Program-made: the position numbers and the translations under genes
In this document: positions 53,087-56,279 of the stretch, piece by piece
Position numbering within the stretch: the stretch's first letter is position 1
Layout: the number at the start of each line of letters is the position of its first letter
Notes under the pieces: generated by a model
What the model was told of the DNA's origin: nothing
Databases searched by the model: none
What the model saw: the letters and a program-made list of their open reading frames with translations, nothing else
NCBI GenBank assembly: GCA_964443635.1
Contig: CAYUDJ010000001.1
Location: 1 to 56,279, forward strand
Direction of reading: 5' to 3'
Source of the DNA: an uncultured Candidatus Saccharibacteria bacterium
Lineage (GTDB): Bacteria; Patescibacteriota; Minisyncoccia; Phycocordibacterales; UBA9973
DNA: 56,279 bases

Positions 53087-54544
53087 TTATTCCTTTGGTT
53101 TTAAAAGTGGAAACAGCTGTGTCTCCCTCAGTGGCTTATCTACAAGGAACGCAAACAGTCGCTCACCAAACCCAAATCCGCAGGTCGGTGGCATGCCGTG
53201 CTCAAGCATTTCGACGAACTCCCATTCGGGCATCATTGCTTCGTCATCCCCTCGCTCGATGAGTTGTTGTTGGAGATCAAATCGTGCGCGCTGATCAATC
53301 GGATCATTGAGTTCTGAAAATCCATTCCCTACTTCTGAACCTGCAAGCAACACTTGGAATCGTTCAGTAACTCGAGGGTCGTCAGAACAAGATTTTGCAA
53401 GAGGGGAGACAAGTTTCGGAATACGCACAAGAAATGCCGGACCACTGATACTCTTGCGACAGTATTTCCAGAGTGTATCCATGAGACGCTCACGATTTTC
53501 ACCGGTATAGACCACATTGAGTTCTTTGAGTTTTATTTTCATCTCCCCTTCACTTGCTTCGAGCACATCAATCCCCGTCTGTTTCTTTATTTCTTCGACA
53601 TAGTCAACAGTAGTCCATGTGTCATTGAGATTGAATGTGTGACCGCGTGTCGTAAATGTTGTTGTACCAAATACTTTCTCAGCGATTGTGCGATAGAGAG
53701 ATTCCACAAGCTTCATGCCGTCCTTGTAGTTGGCATATGCCCAATAGAACTCCATGTTGGTGAACTCCTGAAGATGATCAGGACTTGATCCTTCGTTACG
53801 ATACACACGACCTATCTCAAATGTCTTTGGAAATCCTGCAGCCATCAGACGCTTTTGCCAAAGCTCGCCAACAGAGATGCGCATAAATACATCGAGATCA
53901 AAGTCATTGTGCTTGGTCTTGAATGGACTTGCTTCTGCACCGCCGGTCGTAACCTCAAGTGTCGGAGTTTCCACTTCAAGAAAACCAGATTCTTTCAAAA
54001 AGTTTCGAGTGACTTCCCAGAATAATGACTTCTTGTAGAACAAATCACGCAGTTCCGGATCCATGAGGATATCAAGATATCGCTTACGGTATCGTTCATC
54101 ATCATTGGTGATGCCATGCCATTTCTCAGGAAGTGGAAGGAGACTCTTTGCGAGCATGTTCCAGCTGGAAACAAAAAGTGCCTGTTCACCTCTTTTTGTT
54201 GTATATGCAATACCGGTTGCCTCAATGAAATCCCCGATGTCAGTTGTCTCATTAAAGAGTGCATACGCATCTGCGTCCATTTCATCACTCTTGAGAAAGA
54301 GTTGCATTTTCGCAGTGCCGTCAAAAATATCACAGAAGGTGAGTCCTCCTTGTCCACGCTTGGACATAATGCGTCCCGCGAGTGTGATAGCGTCCTTGCC
54401 AGTCTCATAGATAGTAAAGCGATCCTTAAAGAGCTCGATGCTGTCAGTACGTGCTGTCTCTGCAGGGTACGGATTAATTCCCTTGTCTTCCAATATTTTC
54501 TTTTTCTTGAGTCGCTCGTCGCGCAGTTCTTCAATGGATGCCAT
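53087..54544 (-). CDS. lysS: Lysine--tRNA ligase (class II)
   Basis: OB-fold N-terminus, VYRNEGSSPDHLQEFTNMEFYWAY, C-terminal GFGFGERL. Confidence 0.92.
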   Translation of the reverse strand: MASIEELRDERLKKKKILEDKGINPYPAETARTDSIELFKDRFTIYETGKDAITLAGRIMSKRGQGGLTFCDIFDGTAKMQLFLKSDEMDADAYALFNETTDIGDFIEATGIAYTTKRGEQALFVSSWNMLAKSLLPLPEKWHGITNDDERYRKRYLDILMDPELRDLFYKKSLFWEVTRNFLKESGFLEVETPTLEVTTGGAEASPFKTKHNDFDLDVFMRISVGELWQKRLMAAGFPKTFEIGRVYRNEGSSPDHLQEFTNMEFYWAYANYKDGMKLVESLYRTIAEKVFGTTTFTTRGHTFNLNDTWTTVDYVEEIKKQTGIDVLEASEGEMKIKLKELNVVYTGENRERLMDTLWKYCRKSISGPAFLVRIPKLVSPLAKSCSDDPRVTERFQVLLAGSEVGNGFSELNDPIDQRARFDLQQQLIERGDDEAMMPEWEFVEMLEHGMPPTCGFGFGERLFAFLVDKPLRETQLFPLLKPKE

Positions 54545-54620
54545 AGTAAGGCTATTTTAGCAGGAATTATATAATAAAAAAACCCCACACTTAATAAGTA
54601 TAGGGTTTGTTAATTATTTC

Positions 54621-54914
54621 CTATTCAGGAATTACAATGTCGGTTTTTAACCATCCTCCAATAGCACCACCCCATGATCGTATTGTTATGTTTCGATCGT
54701 AAGATCTTCCCATAAAGGTTGTATTTTGTTCTTCAGCTCTAGTGTTCTCGAATGCATCTTTATAAGTAATTTTAACTCTTACATGCAGTCGATCACAGTT
54801 GTTTTTGATTTCACTAAGAAGTTTTTCCAAATCATGGTTAAATTCTACGGTTATGCCTTTTAAGGGAATCTCTTGGAGAGGTCCTGCCGAGAATGAAATA
54901 ATATTTGCTATCAT
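54621..54914 (-). CDS. Hypothetical protein (97 aa)
   Basis: ORF only. Confidence 0.45.
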   Translation of the reverse strand: MIANIISFSAGPLQEIPLKGITVEFNHDLEKLLSEIKNNCDRLHVRVKITYKDAFENTRAEEQNTTFMGRSYDRNITIRSWGGAIGGWLKTDIVIPE

Positions 54915-55021
54915 TTAATTTATTTTTAATTGTGATAAGAACTGGAATAATTATAGCATATCTAAGTATAAAAGTCAATATAAAAACCCTTGTTTCCAAA
55001 GGCTTTTCTGGTCACTATTTT

Positions 55022-56104
55022 TTAAATCCCCTCCTTTTTCAACTCTTCAATCACCTCTTTCGCATGTTTTGAAAGTTTCTCTGGAAGTTTGATATCAAGC
55101 TTGATGATGAAGTTACCGCGCTTGGATGAGCCAGTTGCAGATGGTACGCCATAGCCTTTGAGTGTCACTGTATCCCCGACTTTCGTTCCAGCAGGAATAG
55201 TCACTGGTATTGAGCCGTCCAATGTCTCGACTGCATACTGCGCTCCAAGGAGTGCATCGGTGAGCTTGATTGGAAATGTCATGCCGAGGTCGTTGTTGTG
55301 ACGAAGTATGGTCTTGTGTGGAGTAACCGTAATGCGCACATAGAGATCCCCTGACTGCCCACCTTTGATCGCCTCACCCATTTCTTGGAGACGCAATGTC
55401 TCGCCGTTTTGAATACCGGCAGGAACAGATATCTTGATTGTACGAGGTTCATTGACCACACCTTTGCCACGACATGTCTCACACGATACCTTTGGAATCT
55501 TGCCTATACCTTCACATTTGCCACAAACTTGGCTTGTCGCAATAGATCCGAGAATGGTTCGCTGAATATTTTTTACAACTCCTGCACCATTACACTGGCC
55601 GCATGTTTCGACTTCTGTTCCCGGCTTTGCGCCATTTCCTTTACAGGTCGTACAAGCTGAAGGTTTAGTCACGCGAATTTCTTTTTCTATACCAAAGATA
55701 GACTCTTTGAAGTCCAGACCAATAGATGTCTGCAAGTCATTGCCACGGCGATTCTTTGCACGACTTCTCCCTCCACCAAAAATATCTCCAAACATATCGC
55801 CAAGGTCGAATTCAAATCCTTCTTGTGAGAATCCTCCGTTTTGAAAACCTCCAAAGTCAAAACCGCCGAATCCTTGGCCGCCTCCGCCCATCTGTGGGCC
55901 AGCTGAGCCGAACTGGTCATAGCTTGCGCGCTTCTGCTCATCAGAGAGCGTCTGGTATGCCTCGTTCACTTCCTTGAACTTTGCTTCATCTCCGGTCTTT
56001 TTATCAGGATGGTATTGGTGTGCGAGCTTGTGAAAAGCTTTCTTGATCTCGTCTTTTGAGGCCTGTTTGTCTACTCCCAAAACCTTGTAATAGTCTTTAC
56101 TCAT
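55022..56104 (-). CDS. dnaJ: Molecular chaperone DnaJ
   Basis: J domain (DYYKVLGV...HPD), G/F-rich linker, four CxxCxGxG zinc motifs. Confidence 0.92.
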   Translation of the reverse strand: MSKDYYKVLGVDKQASKDEIKKAFHKLAHQYHPDKKTGDEAKFKEVNEAYQTLSDEQKRASYDQFGSAGPQMGGGGQGFGGFDFGGFQNGGFSQEGFEFDLGDMFGDIFGGGRSRAKNRRGNDLQTSIGLDFKESIFGIEKEIRVTKPSACTTCKGNGAKPGTEVETCGQCNGAGVVKNIQRTILGSIATSQVCGKCEGIGKIPKVSCETCRGKGVVNEPRTIKISVPAGIQNGETLRLQEMGEAIKGGQSGDLYVRITVTPHKTILRHNNDLGMTFPIKLTDALLGAQYAVETLDGSIPVTIPAGTKVGDTVTLKGYGVPSATGSSKRGNFIIKLDIKLPEKLSKHAKEVIEELKKEGI

Positions 56105-56161
56105 ATGTGTATTTTACCATATTTAGGCAAAAAGAAAACGCCCCTTTCGGAGCGATATTCT

Positions 56162-56239
56162 CTAGCGGTGGCGCATATTGACGGTCTTGCCCTCCTTTTT
56201 GCGCTTGTTCTTTGCCGCGATTTTGCGTTTCTTGTTCAT
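56162..56239 (-). CDS. Candidate micro-ORF encoding a 25-aa highly basic peptide
   Basis: ATG...TAG reads MNKKRKIAAKNKRKKEGKTVNMRHR. Followed by a weak hairpin plus T-run at about 56127-56158. Below the ORF-track length cutoff. Confidence 0.3.
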   Translation of the reverse strand: MNKKRKIAAKNKRKKEGKTVNMRHR

Positions 56240-56279
56240 AGTGGGAATACTATAGCATAGATTGGAAATAAAAAAAGCC

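Noticed and set aside
1-56279. Possible alternative genetic code (for example UGA recoding, as in some candidate phyla).
   Set aside because: Conserved genes end cleanly at TGA (GNAT at 17657-17659), at TAG (rsmI, rplI, cysS) and at TAA. No conserved protein shows in-frame TGA interruptions. The only in-frame stop of interest is the single TAG at 32965-32967, which is reported separately.

Overview
This 56.3-kb window is a chromosomal segment from a small-genome bacterium with Gram-positive-like wall biology. I infer a Candidate Phyla Radiation / Patescibacteria-type lineage from gene content; no search was run. The genetic code is standard, because TAA, TAG and TGA each terminate well-conserved genes.

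Housekeeping backbone:
- Translation: rpmE (3' end), prfA, tRNA-Ile(GAU), rsmI, rplI, rpmA, an AlaX-type editing protein, rplU, and aspS, trpS, cysS, lysS.
- Cell wall and division: an S41 C-terminal protease, an M23 peptidase, an L,D-transpeptidase, murG, ftsW, mraY.
- DNA and other functions: lexA, scpB, scpA, dnaB, recR, pheA, corA, dnaJ.

The backbone is interrupted by visibly AT-richer accessory stretches at about 10.5-17 kb, 40.9-43.3 kb and 50.9-53 kb. These carry hypothetical, membrane and enzyme-like genes.

Main finding: a five-gene minus-strand block at 25387-34110, inserted between ftsW and murG.
- It encodes one stand-alone ATP-grasp (PPDK_N-type) protein, followed by four proteins that together carry six phosphohistidine swivel (PEP-utilizer mobile) domains.
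- Each swivel domain sits behind a divergent helical region, and no PEP/pyruvate TIM-barrel domain is present.
- The ATP-grasp gene and the 1196-aa triple-swivel gene are in the same reading frame, separated by a single TAG.
- A SixA-like histidine phosphatase gene converges on the block.
- I interpret this as a candidate split, multi-acceptor dikinase / phosphotransfer system. This is inference.

Other notable loci:
- A translationally coupled operon of a SET-domain methyltransferase, a small TM protein and a 7TM histidine kinase.
- A convergent pair of NADAR-family genes, one fused to a Fis-type HTH.
- A tightly coupled operon of a methyltransferase, an HExxH protein and a GNAT-like protein.
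- A four-gene coupled lexA operon.
- A promoter + leader + terminator element in front of a GNAT gene.
- Three perfect palindromes upstream of the scpA-to-swivel operon.
- A 1340-aa wall-anchored surface protein whose FN3 repeats are nearly identical at the nucleotide level.
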